Source: a bacterium UBP8_UBA817 (GTDB taxonomy: Bacteria; Margulisbacteria; Marinamargulisbacteria; SXXA01; SICP01). Taken from it: a DNA stretch of 64,000 bases. The stretch lies in contig CAMCZW010000008.1 in NCBI GenBank assembly GCA_945888435.1, positions 2,235 through 66,234 on the forward strand, in the 5' to 3' direction. The position numbers were made by a program, and so were the translations under genes. Position 1 is the first letter of the stretch. Each line of letters opens with the position of its first letter. Positions 28,833 through 43,100 of the stretch are shown here, one piece after another. The notes beneath the pieces are model-generated. The model ran no database searches and was not told the origin of the DNA. It worked only from the letters and a program-made list of their open reading frames with translations.

Positions 28833-31800
28833 ATGAAAATAAAATCAATCATTTGGAGTTGTTTTTTAATCTGTTTCCTTTGCAGTCCGATTACTGCAAG
28901 TGTAGAGCTCCAAGTGTCTGGAAGCCTTCCGCCTATTAACGGAACCTTTATTTCAGGTAGTCATGCCGCAACAATTGGGATTTATAAAGGCACTACAGGC
29001 ACCCCCGTATGGTCAGAGCCAATTGCCAGCGTAACATTCAGAAACGGAATGTTTACAACCATTATCGGAAAAGTCACGCCCCTTGAAGCAAGCTATTTAT
29101 ACGTCACAAATCCACATATTGGCATCACTCTCACAGACACCCCTCATACAATTCAATTTGTTAAACTCACCGCATCACCATACGCATTCAAAGCCGCGGT
29201 AGCAGAGCGCGCCCGTAAAGTCTCAGCCAATGTCATCACCGGAACAATGGTTTCAACAGCAAACTTATCAAAAGGGCTATATGTTAAAGCAAGTAGCCAA
29301 AATTACTCCCTATTCGTCAATGCAAATAGCGTAGGGATTGGGAAATCAAATCCAACCACCAAGCTCGATATAAACGGAATCATCAATGCCGACGGATTTA
29401 GAATTAGAGGAGAAGATATCGCAGGAGCTCTCTCCTGGAAACCTAACACCGTCATCACCCAAAATATTTACTTTAATACAGGCCGGGTAGGAATCGGAAC
29501 CTCCATCCCCCGCTACACATTAGAAGTTGCAGGCACCATTAATGCCTCTGAATTATTTACCAAATCTAGAAAAATCTCATCCACATTAGATTGGCAACGA
29601 TCTCCAGTCGCATCAGAAAATTTGTATTTTATTAACCTGGATAAAAAGGTCGGTATTGGAGTAGAAAATCCAAGATCAAAACTTCATGTATTAAACGAGA
29701 TTAGAGTATCCACCAACGTCTATCCTGCGGCGGTTGGTATGATTAGAAGATCCTCTGCAAATAATGAGATTGAAGGTTATACCACCAGGGGCTGGTTACC
29801 CCTCACCGGCGTACGAGGCGGCGGCCAAAAAGATCGTCTAACTTTTTTTACAACTCCTAAAAATATTAGCTCTAGCCCATTATTTCTTCAAAATCATACT
29901 AATTCTTTTGTAGGAGTTGGAGTCTCCGCCCCCAACTCAACACTTCAGATCAAAGAAACCAATTCTAATAAAAAATTATTTCAAGTAACTTCAACACAAA
30001 ATAAAACATTGCTAATGGTTGGCTCTACAGGCAACGTTGGGATCGGAACCCCTACTCCAAACCAAAAGCTAAAAGTAATTGGCAGCCTCGCTGCTGACGA
30101 TATCACACTAAACGGCCTATCTATCCTTCTCGCAGTATCAAAAGACTCTGTATGGCTATTAAACGCAAGTCATAATGTCTACTATATGTTAGGGAATGTC
30201 GGGATTGGCCAAAACAGACCTGAAAGCCTTTTAGAAATTGCCCAAAGAACCAACTCAAATGATGACCCCGCCATTACATTAACCAACGGTAGAAATGTCA
30301 GCTATACCATGGGAGTCGATAACGATAAGCCAGATACATTTAGAGTAGAGTTTGGAACCACGCTTGGATCAACATCTCCATTATTTGTCGCAAAAAATAA
30401 CTTTTTAGGTATTGGCTTAGAAACCCCCTTAGCGCCCCTTCATATCAACGGAAAAATAGGAACTGTTTTTAGCGGGACATTTTACGGAGTCCCAGAAGAA
30501 ACTGCACAAGAACTCGATCCGTTAACCGGTGATGAGCTTATCCCGACTCTTCCAAAAGAAGGTCCTGGGACTCGATTTTTATGGCAACCTCAAAGGGCAA
30601 TATTCAGAGCTGGCCAAGTGGAATCAACATCCCCTTACCTAAGAGGAGAAAATTGGGATAATGAAAACTCAGGCAAATTTTCAAACGCATTTGGACTAAA
30701 TAGTATCGGTAGCGGTAATTACACCACCGTCGCCGGTGGAAAAAATAATATCGGCAGTGGCGCCTATTCGACCGTAGCTGGTGGAGAAAATAACATTTCA
30801 GAAGGAGACTTTTCACTTGCTGTCGGTAAAAATGCGACCGCACTTCACGAAGGATCTTTTATTTTTCTCGACTCATCAGCAGCCCCAACATCAACTATTA
30901 AACACAGTCAATTTTTAGTATTCGCGTCACGAGGTATGGGGATTGGAACAACCCTAACCACGGTAGACGGCATCAGATCAGGCTTAACTATTAAACGAGA
31001 TAAAAGTAGTGGGAACATTCTAAGATTTATCGGTTACCCCACAGAAAATACAGGAACCGCCCTATCATCATCTGGAAATATGATTATCGGATCACTCACT
31101 CCGGGAAACGCCAAATTATCCATAATGGGGGCAATGAACATCGGCGGAACACCAAGAACCCCCTCAGGCAATATTATTACGGCCAATATTAAGCTCAGCG
31201 TCAACCGTGACACCCCCGGTCTTTACAATACCTTCATAAAATCGATTGAAGCCATCACAACACCTGGCATGGCCATTTTAAGTGGCCCAGGGCACATCGG
31301 CATGGCCATTATTCCAAATATGTTTACAGCAGCAGACCTATTAACCGGACTTCAAGTAGGAAGCGGAAGTGTATTAGCTAGTGAGTACATTCAACCCGAC
31401 GGAACCCGCCTTGGAAAAGAAGCCGTCATTGTGTGGTTAGAAAATTCAGACGGAGATGTTTACTTCGTCTCTGGAAACACAGGAATTGGGATGGCATCAC
31501 CAAATAGTATGTTGGAACTATCTAATATCGGGAATACATTGTTTGCAAACCCACAAAATCCGGCAATTAGCTTCACCTCCTCACCCATTAGCTACAGTAT
31601 AGGGGTCAAAAGATCCGGAAACTCAGCACTCCGTATCATTAACGGCATCAATCTAACGACAGACACACCAGCATTTGCAATCCATGATAATAAAATCGGG
31701 ATTAAAACAGATACCCCGCTCGCCATGCTCCATGTCAACGGAAACGCAATTTTTAGAAGTGGCCTTGCTGTTGGAACCACCAATCAACAAGCCAATCAAT

Positions 31801-34800
31801 TGACTGTCCCTAGCGTTATGACCCGAGGCCTTAATATCAGAGGCGACGTCGTCACCTCTAGCGGAGACAAATGGAGCATAACTGGCAATACAGTCTACAA
31901 ATCATTACTTGATCCAGTAGGGATTGGAACAAGCACTCCAAGAACTGACCTTGAAGTCATTGGAATAGTCTCTGCAAACAGTTTTGTAGTTAAAAACCAA
32001 TTCGATGTTTTAGGGAATACCAAAGTCAATCGAATTGATTTCAATCTCGACGAATCTGAATTTAGATTTGAAGTACAAAATGAAAAACTATTTTTGGATG
32101 ATGTTCCTCTATCCGATATTTTATCGAGAGGGTTACCATCCGATACCAGCATTGGCCCGATCGTCATTTGGGTAGTAGATCCAACTCGAGATACTGATCA
32201 AATATTAAGCGAAACCGACATGATCTGGTATTCAGAAACCCCAAGAAGAATTGGCACTTTAGTCTCATCTCATAACATCAATATCGGAAATACCATAAAA
32301 GACTCAAGCACCTCCTTCGAAAAAACAATCCAAGTTAAAGTAGGCACCCAAAGCATACTTGATGGCCTCAGTTTACAGGGCAATATCACTCACGACGGAA
32401 CTCTCTCTCATTCTAAAAATTTCACGCTTAGATCAAGCAGATTAGTAATTGATGAAAGATGGTCAACACCGAGCACGACCAATGTTCAATATGCAAATCA
32501 TATATTTGATATCTACGGAAAATCCGTCAAATTAAAAAATTCCAACGATGGCGCAGGTACCACTAGCATGATTAACCAAGCACCCGCCACGGGAGTTCGA
32601 GTCAACGTCAGCGATGTAAAACCTCAAACCAGCGCAGAAAAAGTATATTCAGCGATCTTTATGGGGGATGTCGGGATTAAAAAATTCCCAGCTGCAATCA
32701 CTGGTGAATATATATTAGACGTTAAAGGGATCGTTTCTGCAAATCGATTTATCATTTCAAAACGACTCAGAATCACTACCATCAATGCCAACAACATTCT
32801 ATTTATTAATGAAGCAACCAATGCAATTGGAATTGGGACATCAACCCCAACCACAACACTAGAAGTAAAAAATGAAATTAAAACAACACATCTTAGAGCA
32901 AGAAGCCTAGATACCAACAAATTAGTAGTCCAAACAAAAAGCTTATATGTCGATAATCAAAAAGTCGGTATGGGCACAATTACACCTGAAAGTTTACTCC
33001 ACATCAGTAAAACACTCACAAGAACACCCACTACTGAATATATTAACTTTTTAATCACAACCAACATCCAAACTACCCAAAAAAATAATAAAGGACTAGA
33101 AATCGTCTTAGCTACTAGCGCCAACTCCACATTTGGGACACTCACAACACCAAAAACGGTTAAAGGTATGGACATCACAATGGCCAATTTTAATAGTCAT
33201 GACAGTGGTCAAGTCATTGGGATTAGCGCCGAAACCAAAAGACAAAACAATGCCTACTCTGCAATTTTCAAAGGGGGTAACGTTGGTATCGGAGTTCCAA
33301 ATCCGGTTTACCCTCTCCAAGTATCAGGGACGATTCGAGCCGACAATGTCCTTCAAATCAACCTCTTAACCCGACAAGAAGCTGCGTCATTTAATTATCT
33401 AAATGTCCTTTCACCAACTGATAATACAATGATTTCAGGGACAGCAATTGCTCGAAATATGGTTGTTCGGAAAATGAAACAAAGCAGCCGTTCTTTTATA
33501 GTGAATAATCAAATTAATCTACCGACTATCACACTTCAGGTCACCGCGAATGGATTTCTTGAAGCCATCAATTTAATTGCAAGCGAAAGCATAAAAACAA
33601 AAGACATGACATCAAGCAGACTACTATCGGGTAAAGATGCTGAGTTTCAAGGCCTTACCATCGGGATTGCCGAAGAAACCTTAGACACAGTGAGAGTTCA
33701 GACAAGCGCAAATGCCACGCAAATAATCGCAGATAAAAGCATTCTCGCAGGCGCTGCAAAAATCAACTCAACTACGCTCAGTGTTCTTCCATATGGATTT
33801 GTCGGAATCAATGAAGCGACACCGAGAGCCATCCTAGACGTCAAACTCACTAACGACACGTTCGTTACACTTCATAACAATAGCAATACCGAAAATACCA
33901 GCGTCGGGATTATCTTCACCCCAGCATCCGCAACCAATATTCGAAATATTGGTTCAGGGATTGTTGCTATCAAGACAACCGCAGATATATCCGCTTCAGA
34001 ATTAGCGTTCATGACAAATCCAGTAAGTAACACACCTCAAGAGAGAATGAGGATGTTTAACGAGGGCGGTATCCGAATCGGAGCCCCGACGGTCTCTGAA
34101 ATAGCCCCTAAAAAGAGTCATCTGCTCGTTAAAGGCACCGCCTTAGTTTCAGGGATAAGTACGGTAAATCTATACGTAAACACAGAAACCATTCGAAACA
34201 ACGGTAATATTCGAATTGCAAACTCAATCAAAATTTTTGACCAAGATTTTATCGTCTCAAGAAATTTAATGACCAATACGGTTCAGCTTCAAGAATTATC
34301 AAGTCATCCCGTCACAAGCAATCAAAAATCAATTTTATACGCCTTCAATAATGGTAGCGCAGCCGGGATTTACTATGGAACCATATTAGAAGACGGAGTA
34401 TTCGCAACAGGAAATATGGAAGATACCTTTACCGGAACAAGAAAAGTAATCCCTGCATTTAATAGTAGCCACAGCATCGTCGATACCAATGTCATGCACT
34501 GGACTACAAGCAATATCAACTCGGTCGGTATTGGAAAATTAACCGTCGGATCTCATATCACATCAAACGTAGTGGGATCAGAAGCATCTCAGTTACATGT
34601 AGCAGGTGTCACCAACTCAGTATTAGCCGATAAAACCCTTAAAAAATTGCAATTAGAATTTAAAGACAGAAACACAGCAGGCTTCAGAACATTCCAAGGC
34701 TATAAATTAACCTCCACATTCGCCACATCAAAGTTAGCCGAAAATGAACAAATGATTGGATTAGACGTCAATCTCACTACACTTGCAAGTGAAAGTAGAC

Positions 34801-37800
34801 GGTTTGGCAACGGCACTATCCTAAGAGGTACAAAATACGCAGCTCTATTCCGAGGTGCTCCAGTAGGAATTGGGAATGCCACACCAAGCAGCCAGCTTCA
34901 TGTAGTAGAAACAACATCAATCAACGCCTTTATCGTAGATGGCCATCAAGCCGGAGTAACGACCAATGCACTCACATTAAAATCAAATGGATACCTTGGA
35001 TTTGGAACCAATGCCCCGGAAGCAAAAGTGAGCATAAAAACACCAGCAACAGATACCACATTTAAAATACAAGGGGTAACAGAAAATATACTGATGCTCA
35101 TCACTAACGGCGGTAAAATCGGAATTAATCAATCTAACCCAACCTATAATCTAGATATTTTGGGGACACTAAAAGCAAAGAAAGCAACCTCAAATATACT
35201 ACTTGGAAAAACAATGAATATTAGAAATCAAGCCCTCGTAGTAGATCAAAACGGCTACGTAGGGATTAATAATTCATCTCCCGCCGCACAATTAGACCTG
35301 ATCAAAACATTCACTACATCTGATAGTAATGCTCTATATAATCTTCAAAAAATAAACTTAACCACATCAGGTGCCATAAGCAAAGGCATCACCGGCGTCG
35401 AGTACAAAATCGCAGTAAACACCAATACTATCGTAGGAATTCCGGCCCAAAGTAAAACAGTCACAGGAGCAAAATTTAACCTCTCTAACCTTGCTGCACA
35501 GTCCATCTCAGCAAAAATCATTGGTCTCCAAGTGCTAGTCACCAGAAATACCAGCCCTGTCGCAATCTTCAATGGAGGAAAAGTAGGAATTGGGGTTACA
35601 GAGCCTACTTATATGCTTCATGTTAATGGCGGCATAAAAGCACGGCATGTCACCCTAAATTCAAGCAGCAGAACACAAGCAACTGCAATCACAACCAACA
35701 CACTGAGTGCAATTAATGCAGGCCTCGGTAATATGACTATTAATAATAATAAACATATCATTATTCGGGGGACACTCCAGGCCGCAAACTTTATCAAAGA
35801 ATTTCCCTTTTTAAATCGAGCCCCAACTGCAAACCCTGTATTTTTACTTGCACAGGTTGTCACTGCAAACCGACTTCGAATCGGAACAAGTAGTATTTCA
35901 ACAACCACCCCAGTCATCATTCAAGGAACTTCCATATTTACGGGCGGAAGCTTAGTGATTAAGGACACTCCAGGAATCCTACAAAATCCATCTGCAAATC
36001 TACACATCTATGGCAACAGCGAGACGAGCCAGAAAGTGGCATTATTGGTTCTTAAAAATAACATTCCTATTCTAAGAGTCGATAAAGTCGGAAATGTGGG
36101 CTCATTTGCTGCCACTCCAGGTGGAAACGTTAACCCAACAGCCAATTTATACCTACAAAGTGATTTTGGAAGAGTAGTCAGCATCGAAGATCCCGTATCA
36201 AAAGTATTTATCGTCAGTCAAAACACATTAGTTACACTCGGAAATCAACGAATAGGACCAATGAGTGTTCTCTCCATCAAACAAAAAACAGCAGATACAC
36301 CAATCCTAAGAGTAGAAAGTGCACAAGTCCCCTACACAATGTTCATTCCAGCATCCCAATTAATAGGGCTAGGAACATCCCTGCCTCTAGCAGCGCTTCA
36401 TGTATCAGGATCCATGATCATCGATAAAGTTGGAACGCCAAAACTCGTTCAAATCAGCCCCACTGGAAGTATTGGCTTAGGAACTCCGGCAACACGTTTC
36501 ACTCTAAGTACATTAGAAAATATGCAACTCTCAAGCAGCAATATGTCTGGAGGAAGTGTCCCAACTGAAATCTCAACATTTACCGGAAATGGAACCCTAA
36601 TGAGAATTGGAACACGCCATCTCTTTTTTGGATTACAACCACATCCAACATTGGTCAACACTTACGACACTCATATTCAAGCATCTTCAGCAAGTGATAG
36701 CCAATATATTTTCAGAAATGGAGATACTGAAATCATGCGTTTAGTCGATACAAAATTAGGAGTTGGAACTTCTCGCCCTTCCGCTAATATTCATGTCGTC
36801 GGAGCATCTGGATCGCTGACTCCATTGTTTAATGTCAGCAGAGGTACCTCCAAAAACATTTTATTTATCAATGCCACCGGAGAAATTGTCATTAATGGGA
36901 CAAGGGCATCAGCAGACATCGATGTAAACGGAAATGTAAGCAGTTTAGGATTCCAAAATCATCCAGATGGAACTGAGTTCACAGCCCCCACCCTCAACGT
37001 AACGAATGCTAAATTTGCAGCAAGAAGTATATTCGATATCATCAAAACAACGAGCGCCAATAAAACTCATAAACTTGAAACGATTCGAATCAATTTAGAG
37101 AGAGACCATTCAAAAGCACTCACTGCATTTGATTTTGGGATTACAGGTGGATCTACATTCCGCAACATCGGAACTAACGCAAATGCTTATGGTCTCCGCA
37201 TCGATGTCAACGGAATCAAATTACCAGATCCAACATTCCAAAATCAAACAGCCTTCAAATATGCAGCGATCTTTAGAGGTGGAAACGTTGGGATTGGAAC
37301 ACTCACCCCAGACGAAGCCACCCTCAACGTAGTAATTACAACAACCAATGGCACAGTACTTCAGTCTGGAATCGTAGTTTCAATGAGAACTACCCCCAAT
37401 ATCATACCAGGAGGGATAGCTGATAGAGGAAGTCAACTTCAATTCGTCATTAACCCATCCTATAACATTCCACTCACTCAACGATTCGCAGTGCCTACAG
37501 ACAGTTTTAAAAGTATTGTCTACACATTAGGACAAGGCCAATTCTACCTTGGAGGATCCACATTTTATGCAACCACCGCAATCTCAAATCAGGTCATGAA
37601 ATCACTTAAAGACAACGGAGTCTTAACCTCCGATGGACGAGTCGACGGAGTGATTACATCATATGCAAACCTTCTCACTCAGCTTAGGAATAAATATTTA
37701 AGTGGATTTGTGCAAGATTACATTACAACCAGTGACGTTGCGAAAGTATTAACTCCGTTTATCATCGAAAACTCATTCACACTTAAAACAAAAAATCTGG

Positions 37801-39209
37801 ATAGTGACGCAAATAAAATCAACTCACCCCTCACCCTATATTCAGGTACCTATCCAATCATCCCGATTACAACAGGGTCCGAAGACTCCATCCAAAAACA
37901 AGCCTTCCAATTTGTAGGCCGTGTCTTAATTAACGCAGGCCCAATTAGTGGAAGCGCACTCGATAATGAAGGCCCTGACAGCTATGGAAACCGAATGCCC
38001 GTATTAATTGTCAGCGGCGACATGAGAGTCGGAGCTAAAGTAAATAAAACTGAAACAGAATTTGCAGGCCAAGGAAAAAAACTAATTTTCTCAGGGGGAT
38101 ATCTTATCAATAGCAGTACGACCGATGGTAATAACGAAGATCCAATGCATATCACAAGAGTCAACACCAACGACCAGGCATCAGACCTGCAAATTTCGAT
38201 TGGAGAAGATCACACCATTAACAATGCCGCATTCAAAATAGGGGTTTCCGAAATAACCAATCAAAAATGGCATACATCCCTTGTCGCAAGAACTTTTTCA
38301 GAAACCTCAAATGCAAATACATCAATGGTCGGTATCGGATTAAACAATCCAACCACAGCCTTCTATGTTAAAGGGGTTGCCTCATTTAATATGAGACCGG
38401 ATGTCACCTCAAATACTACTACATTTGTAACCAACAACATCGCTCACCGCGCTCTCGTTCTCTTTGAAAACACGACTGCCAATGCCAACTCCCTTCTCAT
38501 CAAACATAGTGCGGAAGCTTCTAACGGGGTTGTCGGATCCGACTCTAATTTTATTAGCTTCAAATCATCAATATCACCCACAGGAGCACTGATCAGCTTA
38601 GGCGCAATTGAAGGGAACGGAGAAACAGGGGTTCAGCTCACATCTCCAGAAGCGGACTATGCAGAGTATTTACCAAAACTCTATAACAGCGAAGAAATTA
38701 GCTCAGGTCAAATTGTCGGGGTATTTAACGGCAAAGTCAGCAAGGTCACCAAGGGCGCAGATCAAATCATGGTCACCAGTGTGGCTCCAATTATCGCGGG
38801 TAACTGGCAAGGGGACACTAAAACCAAACAAGTCCTCGTCGCATTCCTAGGCCAAGTTCCAATTAAAATCAGAGGAGCAGTATCAGCAGGAGACTATGTC
38901 ATCCCATCAGGACTTAATGACGGGACTGGAATTGCCATTAAACCCAATGAAATCAACGCCAAAAATAGTGATCTCATTTTAGGCCGTGCCTGGGGGATTA
39001 ATTCAGTCGATAAAGTGAGCACCGTAACAGTGTTACTTGGATTAACAAAATCTCCAGCCCACACTATTTCGTCACAAAAAGTAGAAACATTGGCCGAAAA
39101 ATTAATCACTTTAGAAAGTAATATCGCTCAACTAGAAACAACATATCAAAATGTTCTTCAAAAACAACGTGATCAAATTAAACTTCTTAAAGCAAAGGTA
39201 AAAAAATAA
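28833..39209 (+). CDS. Giant secreted fibre-like repeat protein 1 (3458 aa): signal peptide, ~29 (V/I)GIGTxxPxxxLHVxG-core repeats, conserved C-terminal module + coiled coil
   Basis: It is an uninterrupted 10.4-kb ORF with a signal peptide ([22 protein letters not shown]|S). Repeat cores recur every ~40-150 aa (for example [34 protein letters not shown]). It is paralogous to the 40137 gene. Confidence 0.85.
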   Translation: MKIKSIIWSCFLICFLCSPITASVELQVSGSLPPINGTFISGSHAATIGIYKGTTGTPVWSEPIASVTFRNGMFTTIIGKVTPLEASYLYVTNPHIGITLTDTPHTIQFVKLTASPYAFKAAVAERARKVSANVITGTMVSTANLSKGLYVKASSQNYSLFVNANSVGIGKSNPTTKLDINGIINADGFRIRGEDIAGALSWKPNTVITQNIYFNTGRVGIGTSIPRYTLEVAGTINASELFTKSRKISSTLDWQRSPVASENLYFINLDKKVGIGVENPRSKLHVLNEIRVSTNVYPAAVGMIRRSSANNEIEGYTTRGWLPLTGVRGGGQKDRLTFFTTPKNISSSPLFLQNHTNSFVGVGVSAPNSTLQIKETNSNKKLFQVTSTQNKTLLMVGSTGNVGIGTPTPNQKLKVIGSLAADDITLNGLSILLAVSKDSVWLLNASHNVYYMLGNVGIGQNRPESLLEIAQRTNSNDDPAITLTNGRNVSYTMGVDNDKPDTFRVEFGTTLGSTSPLFVAKNNFLGIGLETPLAPLHINGKIGTVFSGTFYGVPEETAQELDPLTGDELIPTLPKEGPGTRFLWQPQRAIFRAGQVESTSPYLRGENWDNENSGKFSNAFGLNSIGSGNYTTVAGGKNNIGSGAYSTVAGGENNISEGDFSLAVGKNATALHEGSFIFLDSSAAPTSTIKHSQFLVFASRGMGIGTTLTTVDGIRSGLTIKRDKSSGNILRFIGYPTENTGTALSSSGNMIIGSLTPGNAKLSIMGAMNIGGTPRTPSGNIITANIKLSVNRDTPGLYNTFIKSIEAITTPGMAILSGPGHIGMAIIPNMFTAADLLTGLQVGSGSVLASEYIQPDGTRLGKEAVIVWLENSDGDVYFVSGNTGIGMASPNSMLELSNIGNTLFANPQNPAISFTSSPISYSIGVKRSGNSALRIINGINLTTDTPAFAIHDNKIGIKTDTPLAMLHVNGNAIFRSGLAVGTTNQQANQLTVPSVMTRGLNIRGDVVTSSGDKWSITGNTVYKSLLDPVGIGTSTPRTDLEVIGIVSANSFVVKNQFDVLGNTKVNRIDFNLDESEFRFEVQNEKLFLDDVPLSDILSRGLPSDTSIGPIVIWVVDPTRDTDQILSETDMIWYSETPRRIGTLVSSHNINIGNTIKDSSTSFEKTIQVKVGTQSILDGLSLQGNITHDGTLSHSKNFTLRSSRLVIDERWSTPSTTNVQYANHIFDIYGKSVKLKNSNDGAGTTSMINQAPATGVRVNVSDVKPQTSAEKVYSAIFMGDVGIKKFPAAITGEYILDVKGIVSANRFIISKRLRITTINANNILFINEATNAIGIGTSTPTTTLEVKNEIKTTHLRARSLDTNKLVVQTKSLYVDNQKVGMGTITPESLLHISKTLTRTPTTEYINFLITTNIQTTQKNNKGLEIVLATSANSTFGTLTTPKTVKGMDITMANFNSHDSGQVIGISAETKRQNNAYSAIFKGGNVGIGVPNPVYPLQVSGTIRADNVLQINLLTRQEAASFNYLNVLSPTDNTMISGTAIARNMVVRKMKQSSRSFIVNNQINLPTITLQVTANGFLEAINLIASESIKTKDMTSSRLLSGKDAEFQGLTIGIAEETLDTVRVQTSANATQIIADKSILAGAAKINSTTLSVLPYGFVGINEATPRAILDVKLTNDTFVTLHNNSNTENTSVGIIFTPASATNIRNIGSGIVAIKTTADISASELAFMTNPVSNTPQERMRMFNEGGIRIGAPTVSEIAPKKSHLLVKGTALVSGISTVNLYVNTETIRNNGNIRIANSIKIFDQDFIVSRNLMTNTVQLQELSSHPVTSNQKSILYAFNNGSAAGIYYGTILEDGVFATGNMEDTFTGTRKVIPAFNSSHSIVDTNVMHWTTSNINSVGIGKLTVGSHITSNVVGSEASQLHVAGVTNSVLADKTLKKLQLEFKDRNTAGFRTFQGYKLTSTFATSKLAENEQMIGLDVNLTTLASESRRFGNGTILRGTKYAALFRGAPVGIGNATPSSQLHVVETTSINAFIVDGHQAGVTTNALTLKSNGYLGFGTNAPEAKVSIKTPATDTTFKIQGVTENILMLITNGGKIGINQSNPTYNLDILGTLKAKKATSNILLGKTMNIRNQALVVDQNGYVGINNSSPAAQLDLIKTFTTSDSNALYNLQKINLTTSGAISKGITGVEYKIAVNTNTIVGIPAQSKTVTGAKFNLSNLAAQSISAKIIGLQVLVTRNTSPVAIFNGGKVGIGVTEPTYMLHVNGGIKARHVTLNSSSRTQATAITTNTLSAINAGLGNMTINNNKHIIIRGTLQAANFIKEFPFLNRAPTANPVFLLAQVVTANRLRIGTSSISTTTPVIIQGTSIFTGGSLVIKDTPGILQNPSANLHIYGNSETSQKVALLVLKNNIPILRVDKVGNVGSFAATPGGNVNPTANLYLQSDFGRVVSIEDPVSKVFIVSQNTLVTLGNQRIGPMSVLSIKQKTADTPILRVESAQVPYTMFIPASQLIGLGTSLPLAALHVSGSMIIDKVGTPKLVQISPTGSIGLGTPATRFTLSTLENMQLSSSNMSGGSVPTEISTFTGNGTLMRIGTRHLFFGLQPHPTLVNTYDTHIQASSASDSQYIFRNGDTEIMRLVDTKLGVGTSRPSANIHVVGASGSLTPLFNVSRGTSKNILFINATGEIVINGTRASADIDVNGNVSSLGFQNHPDGTEFTAPTLNVTNAKFAARSIFDIIKTTSANKTHKLETIRINLERDHSKALTAFDFGITGGSTFRNIGTNANAYGLRIDVNGIKLPDPTFQNQTAFKYAAIFRGGNVGIGTLTPDEATLNVVITTTNGTVLQSGIVVSMRTTPNIIPGGIADRGSQLQFVINPSYNIPLTQRFAVPTDSFKSIVYTLGQGQFYLGGSTFYATTAISNQVMKSLKDNGVLTSDGRVDGVITSYANLLTQLRNKYLSGFVQDYITTSDVAKVLTPFIIENSFTLKTKNLDSDANKINSPLTLYSGTYPIIPITTGSEDSIQKQAFQFVGRVLINAGPISGSALDNEGPDSYGNRMPVLIVSGDMRVGAKVNKTETEFAGQGKKLIFSGGYLINSSTTDGNNEDPMHITRVNTNDQASDLQISIGEDHTINNAAFKIGVSEITNQKWHTSLVARTFSETSNANTSMVGIGLNNPTTAFYVKGVASFNMRPDVTSNTTTFVTNNIAHRALVLFENTTANANSLLIKHSAEASNGVVGSDSNFISFKSSISPTGALISLGAIEGNGETGVQLTSPEADYAEYLPKLYNSEEISSGQIVGVFNGKVSKVTKGADQIMVTSVAPIIAGNWQGDTKTKQVLVAFLGQVPIKIRGAVSAGDYVIPSGLNDGTGIAIKPNEINAKNSDLILGRAWGINSVDKVSTVTVLLGLTKSPAHTISSQKVETLAEKLITLESNIAQLETTYQNVLQKQRDQIKLLKAKVKK

Positions 39210-39211
39210 AA

Positions 39212-40147
39212 ATGATCAAATCTGCAATAAGTGGGTTTTTTAATTACCTCCAATATGAGAAAAAACTCTCAAAAAATTCGCTTGCCGCGTATCAAGTAGA
39301 TTTAGAGCAATTTACAATATATTGTCCAGAAGCAATTTCATCTTCCGTAGATTGTGAAAAATATATCTCGTATATTCAAAATCAAGTCTACAAACCAGCC
39401 ACGCTCAAAAGAAAAGCTTCCTCCATACAACAGTTTTTAGACTACCTCTATCATGATTCTTGGATCACTTCCAAAATTGAACTTCCAATAACCACACCAA
39501 AAATTCCAAAGACACTTCCAAAAGTAATGACCAAAGTCCAAATCGATTCCATTATTTCAGGCCTATTAAAAGTAAGTAAAACCCCATTGAGGGACCAGAT
39601 CGTCATCAACTTACTCTACAAATGTGGCCTCAGAGTTGATGAATGCGTTCATATCACGATAGAAAATATTAATCGCAATCTCACCATCAAAGTAATTGGA
39701 AAACGATCTAAAGAACGGATTATTCCAATCAGCAAAGAAACACTTAAACTTATTAAAAGTTATATCAAAAAAGAACGTACCTCACTTGAGAAATCGCCGT
39801 CTCCGTACTTGATTTTAAACCGGAGAGGCACGAACTTAACCAGGCAAGGGATTACCTTCATAATCAACAAAAATACTTTGGGGCCACTCACAACCCCTCA
39901 TATATTCAGACATAGTTTTGCCACTCATCTTTTAGAACGGGATGCGTCAATCCGAGAAGTACAAGAACTATTAGGTCACAGCTCCATAATTACCACACAA
40001 AAATACACACAGGTATCCACTAAAAAAAGAAGAAGTATCTATGATATCGCACATCCAAGAAGTCGCCATGCAAGAAAATTATTAGATTCAACGATGATAT
40101 GTTTAATGGAAGAACAAAGGAAAAATAAGGTACAATATGGCAAATAG
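39212..40147 (+). CDS. Tyrosine site-specific recombinase, XerD/XerC-like
   Basis: 311 aa with an N-terminal SAM-like core-binding domain (..[15 protein letters not shown]..). Catalytic-domain residues R (GLRVDE), H-x-x-R ([12 protein letters not shown]) and Y (..[15 protein letters not shown]) are present. It starts 2 nt after the stop of giant gene 1 and overlaps giant gene 2. Confidence 0.85.
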   Translation: MIKSAISGFFNYLQYEKKLSKNSLAAYQVDLEQFTIYCPEAISSSVDCEKYISYIQNQVYKPATLKRKASSIQQFLDYLYHDSWITSKIELPITTPKIPKTLPKVMTKVQIDSIISGLLKVSKTPLRDQIVINLLYKCGLRVDECVHITIENINRNLTIKVIGKRSKERIIPISKETLKLIKSYIKKERTSLEKSPSPYLILNRRGTNLTRQGITFIINKNTLGPLTTPHIFRHSFATHLLERDASIREVQELLGHSSIITTQKYTQVSTKKRRSIYDIAHPRSRHARKLLDSTMICLMEEQRKNKVQYGK

Positions 40148-40172
40148 ATTTCCCACCATTAATTGGAGTCCC

Positions 40173-43100
40173 ATGAGAAAAATTTGCCTCGCATTTTTGA
40201 CAGCACTTTTGTTCACTGCCGGTGCGCATGCACAAAACACACCTGCGTATATTACATTCCAAGGAAGCATGTCTACCGCAACCGGCGGACTTGTAGAAGG
40301 CTCAAAAGAAATCAACTTGGCAATTACAGAAGGTAAAAACGGTCGTAAAACTTATGAGAAAACCGGAGTTACCACACTATTCGTCAATGGAAGTTGTAGT
40401 GTCGTCCTCGGTCCATTAACCACAACACAACTCGACATTGTATCTCCACACCTTCAAATTACATTAGATGGCTTATCCGCCTCATTTCCAATTCCAGCAT
40501 CGGCCTACGCAATTCAAGCCAGACTGGCCGACACTGTTAAAGCAGTTGATGCAGGAACAATCACAGGCACATTTACTTCCACTGTAAATATCAACAGCAA
40601 TTTATTTGTTAAAACCAATGTATTAACCGTTGTCAGCAGAAATGTAGGTATCGGTACAAGCGCACCTGCATACCCATTAGATGTAGTCGGAGAAGTCAAC
40701 GCTACAGGATTCAAAGTCAACGGAAGAGATATTGAAAGCGTCTTATCATGGCAAAAAAATGGAAGTACCCTCTATTACAACACAGGCAGAGTCGGAATCG
40801 CTTCAACAAATCCAACCACCCTACTAGATGTCGCCGGGACCATAAATGCGCGTGAATATCGACTCAATGGCGTCGAGCTCTCTAAAGCACTTGCTAACGA
40901 ACTCGCATGGAAACCAGCAATTAGAGACGGAGATATCTACTTTAACGACGGGAAACCAAATTCATCAGGAAGAATTGTAGGCAGCGTCGGTATCGGGACT
41001 AGTCAACCAGAAAGCCGTCTTGATGTCCGAGGTGAAATTAGAATTGGGGAAGCTGCTTTCGCACCAGGCTTAGGTACCATCCAATATGTCGGGGACGACT
41101 TTTTAGGGTATACCCCAGACGGTTGGGTATCCTTAATCGGGTTACAAGGTCAAGGAAATGCCAACCAAATTACCTACTGGACTGACACAGATAATATCGG
41201 AGGATCCGATAGCTTAGTCTGGGATTATACCAATCAAAAAATGGGGATTGGAACAAGCAATCCAACTGCACAATTAACCGTCAAATCAGTATCTGACAAC
41301 CGAGCAGTACTCAATGTCACAGATAAAAATAATAAAAGCTTACTCTATATCTCGTCTCGAAACGTCGGGATTGGAACAACCACCTCTAACGTTGCACTTA
41401 AAGTTAAAGGGACTGTAGATGCAGAAAATTACTTTTTAAATGGCGTCCCTATTGCGGCCGCATTACGATCATCCTCATTATGGAATTTCCAAAACGATGG
41501 ACGAATTTTTTATAGTAATGGCAACGTTGGTATCGGGACCACAGAGCCTCGAAATTTACTCGAATTAGCCTCTAGTCCATCAGTAAATCCAATCATTACC
41601 TTTGACATTAAAGACGTTAATTTATTTAGTATGGGGATTGATAGCAGAACCCCTTCAGCATTTATTTTGTCTCAAGGAAGTGACCTGTCAAAACCAATTT
41701 TCGTATTCAAAGAAAATAAAATCGGTGTCGGATTAAATAATCCAAGCGCTAATCTTCAAGTCAGCGGCAATGGCGGCATCTTGTTCACGGGAGAATTTGG
41801 ATCGAACGATCAAGTACAAGCGAGCGGAGCCGGGACCAGACTTATGTGGATACCTTCCAAAGCAGCCTTTAGAGCTGGCCACGTCGTCGCAAATCAATGG
41901 GACCATGCCAATATTGGTAATCATTCCGTTGCATTAGGTTACAACGTCACGGCCAATGGGCTCGCATCAACCGTCGTCGGGGGATACGAAAACTGGGCAA
42001 AGGGGGATTACTCCAGTGTCCTAGGAGGATTCCAAAATAGAGCTGAAGGCAATTATTCATTCGCTGCTGGCTACAAAGCCCTTGCTAACCAAATCGGCAC
42101 CTTCGTATGGGCCGATTATTCTCCAACCGCTCCCGTTCAAACATTTTCATCCACACAACGAGACCAGTTCCTAGTCCGCGCAAGTAATGGGGTCGGAATT
42201 AACACCAACCAAACCAATCAGACCTCCTTAACCGTCGCAAGAAAAATTCCAAGCGAATACATATTTAGAGCCATCGGAAATACGAATGCCCCAAATGCAT
42301 TAGTCGTCACAACTTCAGGCAATATCGGAATTGGGACTTCTGACCCTGGCACAGCAAAACTAGCAGTTATTTCTGGAAGAGTAGGAATCGGAACGACAGA
42401 CCCAATTGCCCCACTTACCATAAGTCCTAATGCAACTGATCAATATGTCTTTGTGGCCTACAGAGAAGATGGTAATCCAGCAATGTTTATTAGACGAGAT
42501 GGAAGAATTGCCATCGGTCATGCATTAAACTTCACATTCCCAGACGATGTGACAGTTGCGGTTGCTGGCAGTTTTGGTGGCCCTACATTCAAAAAAGTAG
42601 ACCCTCGTAATCCAAGTGCATCCGTCATTATTGGTGGTAACGCCGGTTCTCCATGGCTAGTTCCATCAGAGAACAACAACAACACCTTCTTCAACAGAGG
42701 ACGAGTAGGGATAGGAACCTCCGCCCCAAGATCACTTCTTGAATTATCAAACGCCAATGGAATCGCTCCAGTTATGACTTTTAATGTTGATAACTCCACA
42801 TTTTATAGTATGGGGGTTACCAAAAATAAATTTACTATTCAACCAACCCGTGGACTAAATGCAAGCTCTCCCCTATTTACGTTAGACGGTAATGGCATCG
42901 GTATTGGAATTGGGTATAAAACACCAAGCGCCTCCCTACATGTCGCAGGATCTTCAATTTTATCTGGAAATATCGCAGTAGGAACCAGCAATGTAAGCTC
43001 TATATTCAATATCAACGTCGGCGGCCGATTAAATACACAGCAACTATTTATCGACGGAGTCGAATACAATCCAGTTCCATCTAAATGGTTAACAGGCGCA

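Noticed and set aside
40137-40172. Upstream start of giant gene 2 overlapping the recombinase gene by 11 nt
   Set aside because: The signal peptide begins at the Met at 40173, which has a GGAG upstream. A 12-aa pre-signal extension is unlikely, though it cannot be excluded.
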